A stretch of 64,000 bases of DNA from a virus, in IMG/VR virus record IMGVR_UViG_3300036864_000108, positions 5,755 to 69,754 of that record, one strand, 5' to 3'. This document shows, in pieces, positions 7,842 to 16,981 of the stretch; the first letter of the stretch is position 1, and each line of letters opens with the position of its first letter. The position numbers and the translations under genes are program-made. The notes beneath the pieces were generated by a model. It ran no database searches, had not been told where the DNA came from, and saw nothing but the letters and a program-made list of their open reading frames with translations.

Positions 7842-9439
7842 GTGGCACCGCCGAAAATGTCGGGTTGGATCGGCTTGGTGATCCGCTGCCGGATCATGGC
7901 CAGGTAGTCGGGGCAGCCGTGCCCGGCGCACTGCCCGCACGGTTCCCGCTCGATCAGGATGGCGCGCATCCCTTCGATGACGGCGGCCTCACCAACGGGA
8001 CCGGACCCAGCGAACAGGTCCAGCACGGTCCCGCCGGGCGGGGTTACCAGGCGAACCAGCCACCGCATCAGGTCCAGCGGTTTCACGGTTGGGTGGGCTT
8101 CCCCGGTGCCGTCGGCGCGTTGGACTTTGGGGCGTTCGTGCGCCGGGGCCTTTGGCTCATAGCGGAAGACGGGGTAGAAGCGCGAGGCGCCGCCGCAGGT
8201 TGCCTCGTACACGCCCTCTCGCGGCCCCTCGTATCTCCAACCCTCACTGTTCGCCGCGGTGATCCGGGACCGATCTAGGCGTCCGCTGGTCAGCACGCCG
8301 CTCTGCCGGTCGAGTTCGTCGGCAGCATCCTCGCCGAGCACCAGGTTCGACGGCCAGCGGCCGTTCGGCTTGTATGTGCTAATGATGTCGCCGGGCTTCG
8401 CGCCGCCGATCCGGAGCGGGGGGCTGGATTGTTGCCGTTGTAAGGCTGAAAGGTCGACGTCGCTGCCGTGAGGGATACGGCAGGCGTCGATGTTCAGCGC
8501 CCCCGTGCCGTGTGTGAGCACGTTGTGCGCGACCGTGCCAGCAAGGGGTTTACGGGCGACCACGATCGGCTCCCAGGCCGGTTTTAGTGCCGTGCCCCAA
8601 CCGTTCCAGCGACGGGCGTCATCGGTGGCCGGGGCGGTCAGGTCGTAGGCCCCGTCACTCGGCCCGGCGATCTGAACCATAGACGGGCGGCGGACCCGGT
8701 ATCCCTGACCAGTGATTTGCCGCTCGTACGCTGCTTCCTCGTCATCGGAGACGTTGAGGGCCGCCTTCGCTAGCAGCCAGTTCGCGCGGCTTGGCGTGTG
8801 TCCGCCTTCCTCCCAGTCCCAGACGGTCTTCGCCGCATCAGCGAAGCCACACGCCTGCCCGAGTCGTTCACGGGTCCAGCCCCGCTGTTCGCGAAAGTGG
8901 CTGACCTTCGCCCGTACGAACTCGCCATGCTTGGCCCGGTCGATCGCTTTCCCCACGTCCAGCGATTTGGGAAACCCGGACCCATATGTCCACATGAGTC
9001 CTGGCGCGTCCCGGCCGGTCAAGTCGGCGACCGAGTCGCGGATCTCGAACCCGGCGTCCTCGATGCCACAGGCCAAGCGGTGCCAAGTGCGGGTCCCCCC
9101 GAACGCGAGCATGTACCCGCCCGGTTTGAGGACGCGCAGGCATTCGCGTGCCCACTGCTCGCACCAGGCTTGGAACGACTTCCCCGCGACGTACTCCGGC
9201 GAAGTGCGGGACGCGCGGCCAAACGCATTATCGCGACCCGCATCGGCCGTGTTGCGTGAGCGCCGGAACCCGTCCCCCGTCTTCCAGGGCGCGTCCCAGT
9301 CCTTGCCCATGAACTCCAGGCCGTACGGCGGATCCGTGACGACCGAGTCGATGGAGGCGTCGGGCATTTCGGCGACCACGGCCAGGCAATCGCCGTGATA
9401 CAGAGTGACCGCGTCGTCCTGGTAGTAGGGCGCGGTCAT
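7838..9439 (-). CDS. Beta-class N6A/N4C DNA methyltransferase with inserted XRE HTH
   Basis: LYHGDCL, VVTDPPYGL, RVLKPGG, HPTVKP..LM, VLDLFAGSG; HTH insert around 8740-8930. Confidence 0.9.
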   Translation of the reverse strand: MTAPYYQDDAVTLYHGDCLAVVAEMPDASIDSVVTDPPYGLEFMGKDWDAPWKTGDGFRRSRNTADAGRDNAFGRASRTSPEYVAGKSFQAWCEQWARECLRVLKPGGYMLAFGGTRTWHRLACGIEDAGFEIRDSVADLTGRDAPGLMWTYGSGFPKSLDVGKAIDRAKHGEFVRAKVSHFREQRGWTRERLGQACGFADAAKTVWDWEEGGHTPSRANWLLAKAALNVSDDEEAAYERQITGQGYRVRRPSMVQIAGPSDGAYDLTAPATDDARRWNGWGTALKPAWEPIVVARKPLAGTVAHNVLTHGTGALNIDACRIPHGSDVDLSALQRQQSSPPLRIGGAKPGDIISTYKPNGRWPSNLVLGEDAADELDRQSGVLTSGRLDRSRITAANSEGWRYEGPREGVYEATCGGASRFYPVFRYEPKAPAHERPKVQRADGTGEAHPTVKPLDLMRWLVRLVTPPGGTVLDLFAGSGPVGEAAVIEGMRAILIEREPCGQCAGHGCPDYLAMIRQRITKPIQPDIFGGAT

Positions 9440-9693
9440 GATGCCTCGTCGAACAGTGATGCCTGCCCTTGCGGGACGGGCGGCGGTTTGGGGACTTGCA
9501 AGGCTTTGGCCCGTTCACCCGGGTCGGTGGTGCGCCACACGCCAAGCCGGCAGTAGTCGTGTGACAGGTCGACGCCGATGCCGATGCGGCCCAGCATCGA
9601 CGCGACGAACGCGACAGTTCCCGTTCCCGAGAAGGGGTCCAGGATCGCAGCGGGTCGGGTGGGGGCGGGCCCGCGGACGATGAGTGCGCTCAT
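9436..9693 (-). CDS. Stand-alone C-terminal (SAM-binding motif I) fragment of a beta-class DNA methyltransferase
   Basis: ILDPFSGTGTV..VA..LGR.GIGVDLS..YC; no DPPY motif; ATGA-coupled on both sides. Confidence 0.7.
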   Translation of the reverse strand: MSALIVRGPAPTRPAAILDPFSGTGTVAFVASMLGRIGIGVDLSHDYCRLGVWRTTDPGERAKALQVPKPPPVPQGQASLFDEAS

Positions 9694-9902
9694 GACTTCT
9701 TCGCCATAAGAGTCTCGCATCTCTTGCAACGCTGACGAGTATCAGATTCGTTATCTTCGTCAGTTCTACGACGATCTACGTATCTACCGCATGCGCTATA
9801 GATTCTGTCTCCTACAACTGCGTGTAGTTTCTGTCCGTAGGTGCTGAGAAACCATTGTGCGTTCAGCTCGGCCGCCTGCCGTAGTGTCTTGACGGCGTTC
9901 AT
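9690..9902 (-). CDS. Small Cys/His hypothetical protein (AT-richer DNA)
   Basis: KLHAV..RIYSACGR...CKRC; coupled. Confidence 0.5.
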   Translation of the reverse strand: MNAVKTLRQAAELNAQWFLSTYGQKLHAVVGDRIYSACGRYVDRRRTDEDNESDTRQRCKRCETLMAKKS

Positions 9903-10138
9903 CGGACACCGTCCTCTACCCCGCACAAGTAAGCCCGGGCGACGGCCAGGGCGTAGTCGAGTGCTGAACCGACCATTCCGGGTGATGACACATCGAGAAT
10001 GTTGGCTGTATATTCCAGCCAGTCGGCGACAGTCAGAGCAATGCCTGAGTCCCATGAATGCCGCATCAGCGTCGCAGCCTCGCGCAAGATCTTGGAGTCG
10101 TCGTGGGTGGCGTCACTCGCTGCTGGTAAGGCGGTCAT
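9899..10138 (-). CDS. Hypothetical protein
   Basis: LREAATLMR...VADWLE...ALAVARAYL; coupled. Confidence 0.55.
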   Translation of the reverse strand: MTALPAASDATHDDSKILREAATLMRHSWDSGIALTVADWLEYTANILDVSSPGMVGSALDYALAVARAYLCGVEDGVR

Positions 10139-10410
10139 GATGCGCCCCCGTTTTGTTGCCGCAGGATGTGGCGGACTTCGTTGATGTGCCGTATCAGCGC
10201 GTCGCATTGGGTGGGTACGGCCCGCAGCCGCGGCCGGTCGGCCTGTTCGGTTTGCTGCCGGAAGTGTTCGCCGTACGTGAACCAGTACCGGGCTTCATCT
10301 TCGGCGAGCCGCAGTTCGGTGCGCAAACACCGCCATGTGTGCCACGCCCAGGCGGCTGCGGCGATGGTGGTGAGGGTGAGTGCGGCGTGGGCGAGCCGGC
10401 GGCGGGTCAT
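10135..10410 (-). CDS. Hypothetical membrane-anchored protein
   Basis: N-terminal hydrophobic stretch; coupled. Confidence 0.5.
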   Translation of the reverse strand: MTRRRLAHAALTLTTIAAAAWAWHTWRCLRTELRLAEDEARYWFTYGEHFRQQTEQADRPRLRAVPTQCDALIRHINEVRHILRQQNGGAS

Positions 10411-10628
10411 GACGTGCCGCGATTCACGAATGGTCGCAGGTCGAACACAGCCCATTGGTCGATCTGTGACATGCCGCGTGAACCGATGTGTTTCTCGGCA
10501 TGATCGTAGCAGCGCGGACCGAGTGCTTCGGGTGGGAACAGTTTCCCCCAAAGGATGAACTCGGCATGATGGATCGGGTCGCGGCCTTCGTCTCGGCACT
10601 CGCGGCAGAACTCCAGACGGTCACTCAC
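10407..10628 (-). CDS. Hypothetical protein
   Basis: MSDRLEFCREC...LWGKLFPPEALGPRCYDH. Confidence 0.5.
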   Translation of the reverse strand: MSDRLEFCRECRDEGRDPIHHAEFILWGKLFPPEALGPRCYDHAEKHIGSRGMSQIDQWAVFDLRPFVNRGTS

Positions 10629-10680
10629 CCGGCACCTCCCGCGGTGATCTGCAGTAGTGGCCGGCGTCGAGGAGCCGGGT

Positions 10681-10935
10681 TCACGGCGCACCCGCCTGCA
10701 TGCGCGCCAGTTCCAGGTCACGCATCGTGGACTGGAATGCGTGTGCGGCGTGGACGACGTCCTGGAGGTGCGCCAACTCGGTGTGATCGTGGGGGTTGCC
10801 GGGTTCGGTGATGGCGTTGAACTGGTGGCGCGTGTCGAGTGCCTCCACCATGCCGTCGAAGTCGACGTCGTCGAGGAGGATGATCGCGGTGATGATGTGC
10901 GCCAGATGTTCGTTTGCCTGTTCGCGGGTCATCAT
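10681..10935 (-). CDS. Hypothetical protein
   Basis: MMTREQANEHL...; coupled to upstream ORF. Confidence 0.5.
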   Translation of the reverse strand: MMTREQANEHLAHIITAIILLDDVDFDGMVEALDTRHQFNAITEPGNPHDHTELAHLQDVVHAAHAFQSTMRDLELARMQAGAP

Positions 10936-11123
10936 GATGTTTTCCCCCACTCTTTGCGGCGTTCCTCTTGGTACAGGCGCCGATATTCGGCCTGGTATTT
11001 GTATGCGAGGTTGAGGAGTGCGCGTTGCCGGGCGCGACCGTCGCGGCGCTGCCGTTCCGCGTAGTCGGGGTTCCGTTGCCGGTATTCCCGCATGTATTCG
11101 GCCTTGTCCGACGGCGCGGTCAT
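10932..11123 (-). CDS. Small basic hypothetical protein
   Basis: AEYMREYRQRNP...RARQRAL..LA..Y..EY..LY.EE. Confidence 0.55.
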   Translation of the reverse strand: MTAPSDKAEYMREYRQRNPDYAERQRRDGRARQRALLNLAYKYQAEYRRLYQEERRKEWGKTS

Positions 11124-11262
11124 CAGTCGCTGCTCCCGTTCGTGAAGTCGTAGGCGACACGGACGAGGGAGTTTTCTCGGTGCCAGGGGCATTCGTCGGC
11201 GGGCAGGTCGTACCAGGGGCATGACTCGTCGTGTTGCCCGCACGCGGCGGTGAGGACGGTCA

Positions 11263-11610
11263 TCACCCGTTCCTCCGCCCATACAACAAAGGCCGCAGCG
11301 CGAAATCCACGTCCTCGCAGATTCGGTGCAGGGCGGCCTCGTAGCCGTGGTCGTTGTCCGGGTACCGTTCGTCCACGTCGCATGGCGCGAGGTACCCGCA
11401 TTCCAAATCGCGGCGGCGTTCCACGGCTTCGGCGAGCGCCGCGAATTGGATGCCGGGTTCGTCCAAGGTGGGGTGGGCGATGATTCGGACGGCGGCTTGC
11501 AGGTCTTTCGGCTGCCAGTGTTCCCGCGTCTCGGCGAGGCCCAGCAGAGCACTTTCGGCCATGGCGGCGGGGAGGGCGGGCAGGGCGTTGGTGTGCCCGA
11601 CAGCGGTCAC
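11263..11610 (-). CDS. Hypothetical protein
   Basis: GTGA-coupled ORF. Confidence 0.45.
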   Translation of the reverse strand: MTAVGHTNALPALPAAMAESALLGLAETREHWQPKDLQAAVRIIAHPTLDEPGIQFAALAEAVERRRDLECGYLAPCDVDERYPDNDHGYEAALHRICEDVDFALRPLLYGRRNG

Positions 11611-12032
11611 GGCGTGCCGTCTTTCTCGGCTACCCATTCGTAGCCCGGCTGGATTCCCTGGCTGTTGCTGACGAACGACGGTGCCCACCCGGCGTTCACG
11701 AGCCGCAGCGCGGCCGCACGGTCAGAGAACATGCGGAGTCGTCCGACGAGGAAGTCAGCCAACTCCTCGGGCGTTGCGAACGATGGGGAGAGCGGCGTGC
11801 CCTCGGTGACGGTCTCGTACAGCTGGTAGCCGAGCGGCGTGCCCTCCGGCCATTTCGGCATGTACTCGGAGGGCTCGTCGTCGATGTCTTCCATGTACTC
11901 CCGTGGCAGCAGCGGCTCGAAGTGTCGGCCCTGCCCTGTCCAATCCCATTCGTTCGGCGGCCGCGCAGGATTGGGATGCAGGTCCAGTGGGTGTTCCCAT
12001 CCGACGGGGATGCGGCGAATCTCTCGTCCCAT
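11607..12032 (-). CDS. Hypothetical phage protein
   Basis: MGREIRRIPVGWEHP...YMPKWP....GYQLYETVTEGTPLSPSFATPEELA; RBS upstream. Confidence 0.65.
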   Translation of the reverse strand: MGREIRRIPVGWEHPLDLHPNPARPPNEWDWTGQGRHFEPLLPREYMEDIDDEPSEYMPKWPEGTPLGYQLYETVTEGTPLSPSFATPEELADFLVGRLRMFSDRAAALRLVNAGWAPSFVSNSQGIQPGYEWVAEKDGTP

Positions 12033-12033
12033 G

Positions 12034-12357
12034 TCAGTTGCCCCCATCCTGGTCGCGTCGTTGCATGAGTGGTCGTGTGGTGGCTCGGTCGATGAGTTCG
12101 CGGGCCTGCCGCTGGTGCGGTGACAGCGCCATCTGTGTGGTGAGCGCCCACCGCTGCGCAGCGTCGCGGGCCTCGGCGGCCTCAACGTGCCGAACGATGT
12201 GGTCGGCGATGGTCTGCGGTGGGTGCCCGGCGAGTACAGCGGCGGCAGCCAGGGTGGCGGCGAAGTCCCGGTCTGTGGCTGCGGCGACCGCGGCGAGCAC
12301 GTCGGGGGTGCGGCCGACGGCGCGGAGCAGCTGGTAGCCGGAAAGTTCGGCGGTCAC
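12034..12357 (-). CDS. Hypothetical protein
   Basis: Coupled ORF. Confidence 0.45.
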   Translation of the reverse strand: MTAELSGYQLLRAVGRTPDVLAAVAAATDRDFAATLAAAAVLAGHPPQTIADHIVRHVEAAEARDAAQRWALTTQMALSPHQRQARELIDRATTRPLMQRRDQDGGN

Positions 12358-12605
12358 GGCGCACCTGCCGTCCTGTAGTGGCTGTGTGTCGCGTCGTAGA
12401 ACTGCCCGGCCGCGTTGATGATCTGCGCGGCGATCTGCAGTTGCTCTTCTACGGGCAGGTCCTCGTCGATGCTGATGTTGATCCACACGCCGGGGGAGTT
12501 CCGGAAGGTGAGGATGGGGGGGCGTTGCGGGTAGGTGTCGCATTCCGCGGCGTCGCCGTGTTCGGGGTTGAGGATCATTCCTGTGTTGAGGATCGCGGTC
12601 ATCAT
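12354..12605 (-). CDS. Hypothetical protein
   Basis: Coupled ORF. Confidence 0.5.
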   Translation of the reverse strand: MMTAILNTGMILNPEHGDAAECDTYPQRPPILTFRNSPGVWINISIDEDLPVEEQLQIAAQIINAAGQFYDATHSHYRTAGAP

Positions 12606-12675
12606 TCGCCCTCGTTCCATGCGAGATCGTTGAGCAGGTCGTGGATGGTTTGCTCGAATCGGGCTTCGACGGCGG

Positions 12676-12852
12676 TCATCGGAGCGTCCACATCACGAAG
12701 GTGATGGCGGCGGCGACGACGGCGATGAGTGCGGCGTCGAGGGCGAGGGCGGTGAGGATGCCGGCGCAGCCGCTGCCCTCCGCGTCAGGGTCGGGCTTCT
12801 CAGTGAGCCACTGCTCGTAGATTTCTCGGCCGGTGTTCGGTTCGTGTGTCAT
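12676..12852 (-). CDS. Small membrane protein
   Basis: C-terminal hydrophobic helix; strong RBS (AAAGGGAG). Confidence 0.6.
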   Translation of the reverse strand: MTHEPNTGREIYEQWLTEKPDPDAEGSGCAGILTALALDAALIAVVAAAITFVMWTLR

Positions 12853-12908
12853 GGGGTCCGCTCCCTTTCTGTTGTGGTTCACTTGCGGGTTGTGGGATCG
12901 CTCCCACC

Positions 12909-12942
12909 GCCCCGCCCCCCGTCTCGACCCGAGGGGCGGGGC
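12909..12942. terminator. GC hairpin downstream of the DGQHR gene
   Basis: GCCCCGCCCC...GGGGCGGGGC inverted repeat. Confidence 0.45.
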
Positions 12943-12951
12943 TTCCTTGGG

Positions 12952-13779
12952 TTAGAGCCGAATCCGCTTCGCCGAGTCGGCAGGTAGCCCACGGTTGTAC
13001 TGCTCCGCTACGACCTCGACGGCAGCCCGCACCGTTGAGACGCCGCGGGTGACGCTCAGCTCGACCTTCCGCTGCGCAGCCATAGCAGTGATCTGCTGCG
13101 CGGGAAGACCGCGGAGCTTGTCGTACAGCCGGTCCTCATCGACCTCGGACTTGCTGACGAAAACCTTGCTGAGCGCCTTCAGGAGCACGCTCTCCGGCCG
13201 CTCCTGATTGCCGTAGGCGCGCGCGTAGAATGTGAAGACGCGGGACAGGTGCTCCGGACCGCTGATCTCCACGTACTTGCGGCGTTCCGCGTCGCGCATG
13301 ATGGCGACACCTGCGGTGCGGTCCCGGAACGTGGAGTCTTCGGCGCGGTCGGCGACGAAGATGAACCCAGCGGACTGGGCGGCCATCTGAACATCGAGAG
13401 TGGCCTGGTCACCGGACGTCGCAAGGTTGCGGTCCCGATCGACTGCCGCCACACCAGCTCGGTCGTTGCGGCCCATGAACAGCCGCGCCTCGTCAGCCTT
13501 CGACAATCCCGCAAAGATCTCGCAGGTCACGGTGGAGACACCGTTGCCGTTAGCCCTCTTGGTGGCTTCGAGCCGATGCTGGCCGTCCAAGATGTACAGC
13601 CCGTCCTGACGCTCGGAGACGAGCAGTTCGCCGAGCAGGACGGGGGCGAAGTTGCCGATCAGCTTCCGCAGCCTCGCCGGGACGATCGCCCGCTGAACGG
13701 CGAGGTCCACCTTGACGTCGCTGACCGCGACATCAACCCCGTACTTGTGTTCCGTGTACTCGATGGGCTCCATGCCCAT
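12952..13779 (-). CDS. DGQHR-motif ParB-like protein (DUF6551-like)
   Basis: VDLAVQR...F...LLGELLVSER.DG.YILDGQHRLEA...GLS..DEA.LF...N. Confidence 0.75.
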   Translation of the reverse strand: MGMEPIEYTEHKYGVDVAVSDVKVDLAVQRAIVPARLRKLIGNFAPVLLGELLVSERQDGLYILDGQHRLEATKRANGNGVSTVTCEIFAGLSKADEARLFMGRNDRAGVAAVDRDRNLATSGDQATLDVQMAAQSAGFIFVADRAEDSTFRDRTAGVAIMRDAERRKYVEISGPEHLSRVFTFYARAYGNQERPESVLLKALSKVFVSKSEVDEDRLYDKLRGLPAQQITAMAAQRKVELSVTRGVSTVRAAVEVVAEQYNRGLPADSAKRIRL

Positions 13780-13787
13780 CTCCTCTC

Positions 13788-14696
13788 TTATTGCTGCTCC
13801 CTGACGGGAGATCCCCGCACTATGCGGGAAGCTTTCTCGGCGTCTTCAAGCTCTTTGAGCTTGGCGCCGAATTCTGCGACGAGGCCCCTCAGCTTTTTGA
13901 GGACAGATGGGAGCCGGAAGTCTGGGGCGATCAGTTTCTCGGCGCGGATAAGGTCCGCGTCCATGCCGGGGTCTTGCAGCGCCCGCGTGAGGGCGAGGAT
14001 GCATTCGCTCAGAGCCGCTTTGACGCGGTCTTGTGTCGCCAGGACTCGGGCGGGTGGCCTGGACACTTCGCGTACGGAGCCGCCGATGGCCTCATGCGAA
14101 GCGCGCCATACGGCTTCTTCGGCCTTCTGTTCGGCGCGTTTCGCGGCCTGCTTCGGCGCCGCCTTCGCGCGTTGCTTGGCGAGTTCCTCTTGTCGCTTGA
14201 TTTCTGGATCTGGCCGCAGCATGGGGGGCTTCGTCTTGGGCTTCCTAGCCTGATACGTCCTGCCATCCTCGCCAGTCCTGACGGAGTGTTGGGGAATTTC
14301 CCCAACACTCTCCATCTGGATTCGGACACGGCCGACGGTCTTATGATCACAGCCCACTAACCGGCCCACATGTCCGTCGGTGGCATCCGGCCGACGTAGC
14401 AGGTAACGCCTGATCGTTGCGCGCTTCTGGTCATTGGTTTGATGACGGCCGATGAGATTGAGCGCGAGGCTGGCGTCGAGCTTTTCGGCCTCGCTGAGTC
14501 CCGCAGGTAGTTGATGGATCGGGTATTCCGCCCCCGACTCTTCCGCGATCTGCTTGCGATGGTGTCCGTCGATCACCTCGCCGAACTCGTCCACGATCAC
14601 CGGCTGCAACACGCCGCGTTCGGCGATGTCCTCGCGGAGATCCGCATACTGCTGCTCGGTCAGCGGATCGAGGAGTTGGTACTTTGGCGCGTTCAT
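13788..14696 (-). CDS. ParB N-terminal domain protein with HTH
   Basis: PLTEQQYADLREDIAERGVLQPVIVDE...IDGHHR...N..GRH...IGRLVGCDHKTVGRVR-type HTH. Confidence 0.8.
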   Translation of the reverse strand: MNAPKYQLLDPLTEQQYADLREDIAERGVLQPVIVDEFGEVIDGHHRKQIAEESGAEYPIHQLPAGLSEAEKLDASLALNLIGRHQTNDQKRATIRRYLLRRPDATDGHVGRLVGCDHKTVGRVRIQMESVGEIPQHSVRTGEDGRTYQARKPKTKPPMLRPDPEIKRQEELAKQRAKAAPKQAAKRAEQKAEEAVWRASHEAIGGSVREVSRPPARVLATQDRVKAALSECILALTRALQDPGMDADLIRAEKLIAPDFRLPSVLKKLRGLVAEFGAKLKELEDAEKASRIVRGSPVREQQ

Positions 14697-14821
14697 GCCT
14701 TCGCCGCCTTCCTGGCTTCTCGGAAAGCCGGACCCAAGGTCAGCGCCAGTCGGTCGGCTTGCTCGGGGGTGAACGGAGGGGCGGCGTCAACGATCTGCTT
14801 GATGTACTCATCGCCGGTCAT
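14693..14821 (-). CDS. 42-aa protein (APPFTPEQ motif)
   Basis: Manual translation MTGDEYIKQIVDAAPPFTPEQADRLALTLG...; ATGA-coupled. Confidence 0.55.
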   Translation of the reverse strand: MTGDEYIKQIVDAAPPFTPEQADRLALTLGPAFREARKAAKA

Positions 14822-14946
14822 GCCGCGCCTCCTTGCTGCTCGTTGTCGAATAAGCGCCGCAGCAACGCGAGCTGCGCGGCGGTGGGCGGCGGCGCCTGCG
14901 CGAGCTGCTCACGGAGCCACTGGCTTGAGATCTGCTCCGGGGTCAT
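14818..14946 (-). CDS. 42-aa protein (APPPTAAQ motif)
   Basis: Manual translation MTPEQISSQWLREQLAQAPPPTAAQLALLRRLF...; ATGA-coupled. Confidence 0.55.
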   Translation of the reverse strand: MTPEQISSQWLREQLAQAPPPTAAQLALLRRLFDNEQQGGAA

Positions 14947-15152
14947 GACGCGGGCTCGATTTCGTCGGGGCGCAACGCGATGTCGACCGGGTTGTCTGCG
15001 GTGGTGACCCTGACGACGACCCAGTCCTCGATGGCGCCACGCAGGAAGCCGGAGTAGACCGTGCCTCGTTCGCCTCGCCAGGAACGACCGGCGATCATCC
15101 GGTCAGAGGTCACAAACACGGTGTCGCCCTCCTCGACTTGCTCTTCATCCAC
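14943..15152 (-). CDS. Small beta-barrel-like hypothetical protein
   Basis: Directly follows the cro-like gene; GD.V.V...GERGTV pattern. Confidence 0.55.
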   Translation of the reverse strand: MDEEQVEEGDTVFVTSDRMIAGRSWRGERGTVYSGFLRGAIEDWVVVRVTTADNPVDIALRPDEIEPAS

Positions 15153-15395
15153 CTACGCCACGGCCTCGCCCGAGTCGTCGGTGATGCCGTACGCGATGAG
15201 TCCCTGGTCGACGGCGACAAGGAGCCAGTCGACGATGCGGCGGGCGATCGCGGGGGACGGCTGCTTCAGCCCTGTCTCGATGTGGGATAGGTAGCTCGCG
15301 GCGATGTCGACGCCGTCGGCAAGCTCAGCCCGACTGATCTGGAGGATTTCTCGGATGGCTCGGACCTTGGGTCCGTTGAGCCTTGTGGCGTCCAT
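15153..15395 (-). CDS. Cro-like XRE HTH regulator (probably leaderless)
   Basis: LNGPKVRAIREILQISRAELADGVDIAASYLSHIETGLKQPS; divergent from the repressor. Confidence 0.85.
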   Translation of the reverse strand: MDATRLNGPKVRAIREILQISRAELADGVDIAASYLSHIETGLKQPSPAIARRIVDWLLVAVDQGLIAYGITDDSGEAVA

Positions 15396-15551
15396 GTCGG
15401 CAAGAGTAGGCAAGGTTCGGCAGGAGTGTCAACAGGAATCTTCGTGTACAAGCTAGAGTCGGCAGGAATCTGGCAACATCTGCCGACAGTGACCCGCCGA
15501 CTTACGGCAAGGGTTGCGGAAGTTGACGACTCTTCTGCCATCATGTGCTTC
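15396..15551. promoter_or_regulatory. Genetic switch: leftward promoter and repeated operator half-sites
   Basis: Minus strand TTGACA-N18-TACTCT-N7-ATG(cro); repeated (TC)GGCA(A/G)G units about 10-11 bp apart; inverted repeat GTCGGCAG..CTGCCGAC at 15458-15487. Confidence 0.75.
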
Positions 15552-15992
15552 GTGACTGACCGTGACGTGACGCAGGTGGGCGCGCTTGTAGCCACTCGGC
15601 GCGGTGAACTGGGTTTGACTCAGCAGGAGCTAGCCGACGCAGCGAACGTCGCTGTCGGCACCGTGGTCGCTCTCGAGAGTGGACGTCGCTGGCCTCAGGC
15701 CGCGAAACGGTCCGCGATCGAACGGGCGCTGCGCTGGGCGAGCGGTGACCTGGTGCGGCTCCGGAACGGCGGTACCGCAACATCACTACCGCAGCGGGTC
15801 GACCTGGGGCACGGCATCACGGTCGACGTGGACGAGGAGACCGACCCGGAAGCGTTGCGCCGGTCGCTTGCGCTGGCGCTGAACGAGGACATCACCTGGG
15901 AAGACGCAATGGACAAACTGGACGCGATCGCGGATCTGCATGGGGAGCTGCGGGCGATCCTGCGGAAGCTGCGTCCCCCGAACGGCGGTTGA
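15552..15992 (+). CDS. Immunity repressor (XRE HTH)
   Basis: RRGELGLTQQELADAANVAVGTVVALESGRRWP....RSAIERALRW; start GTG at 15552 is inferred. Confidence 0.85.
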   Translation: MTDRDVTQVGALVATRRGELGLTQQELADAANVAVGTVVALESGRRWPQAAKRSAIERALRWASGDLVRLRNGGTATSLPQRVDLGHGITVDVDEETDPEALRRSLALALNEDITWEDAMDKLDAIADLHGELRAILRKLRPPNGG

Positions 15993-16046
15993 CAGGTAAA
16001 GAAGTTTGCGAACCTGTAACGCGGGGGTCACTGCGCACGGTAGACA

Positions 16047-16294
16047 TGGAGCAGACGCGCCGTAACTCGCGGGCGACGCGACGGGGGCCCGCCATCGCAC
16101 CACCACGGTCGTCGAGCCGGGCAACACCAGCTCGAAGATGGAGGGTTCTCACGGTGATCGTCACAACCGCGCCCATCCGCGACGCCGCTGTTTTGGTCCA
16201 CCGGGAAACCGGAAAGATCCTGGTGTTCCGGGACGACGGGACGGTCAGCGAGAAGATCGTGATCCTGCTGGGCAGGCTCCTCCGCCGGATCTAA
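16047..16294 (+). CDS. Hypothetical protein downstream of repressor
   Basis: Open frame; start uncertain. Confidence 0.4.
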
Positions 16295-16295
16295 C

Positions 16296-16670
16296 TCACG
16301 GGCACAACGGGTGGCCAGGGTTGCCTACGCAGAACTGGCCGGGGTTCGCCGTGTAGTCCTGCAACTCGGCGTCGGTGTAGTCGCCCGCGTTCGGGTCGAT
16401 ACCGCTGTCCGATGGGACCGTGTCGGGGATGGTCGTGTCCGTGGTAGGTGTCTGTATCGCTTCGTTCACGGAGTTGAAGAGGCTCACCCCGGCGATGACG
16501 GCGAGGAAGCCGAGGATCAACGCGGCGGTCATGAGGATGATCGCTTCGCTGAGGGCGATGATGCTGAGTGCGCGTAGCCACTTGTCGGCGCGGGTCCGCT
16601 GCTCGGGGATGCGTTCGACGACGGGCGTGAGGATCTGGGGGGACTGGTCGGTGATGGTCGTGTCGGTCAT
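16296..16670 (-). CDS. Membrane protein
   Basis: Long hydrophobic segment followed by a Thr/Asp-rich tail with C..C. Confidence 0.65.
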   Translation of the reverse strand: MTDTTITDQSPQILTPVVERIPEQRTRADKWLRALSIIALSEAIILMTAALILGFLAVIAGVSLFNSVNEAIQTPTTDTTIPDTVPSDSGIDPNAGDYTDAELQDYTANPGQFCVGNPGHPLCP

Positions 16671-16741
16671 GGCGGGGGGTCCTTATTCAGTTGTGGTGCT
16701 CGGGTTGTGTGCGGCGAGGTACTGGTCGATGGCTTGACGGA

Positions 16742-16981
16742 TCACGTCGGACCGTTTGACGCGGGCTGCGGGCTCTTCTTCCTTGGTCGTCCGCCGCCGG
16801 CGCCGCGCCCCGGTCTAGACGCTTGCCACGCCTTGATGGTGTGCGGGTGCCAGCCGGGGGACCGGCCTAACGTGATGTCGGGGGGCGGGAACGTGGGGTC
16901 GCGGACCCGGTAGCGGGACACGCTGCGCGGGTCGACGCCGAGCATGTGGGCGACGGCGGCCATGTCCAGATAGGCGGTCAT
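16742..16981 (-). CDS. AlpA-like HTH protein
   Basis: YLDMAAVAHMLGVDPRSVSRYR....FPPPDITLGRSPGW...TI..W...RPGRGAGGGRPRK. Confidence 0.8.
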   Translation of the reverse strand: MTAYLDMAAVAHMLGVDPRSVSRYRVRDPTFPPPDITLGRSPGWHPHTIKAWQASRPGRGAGGGRPRKKSPQPASNGPT

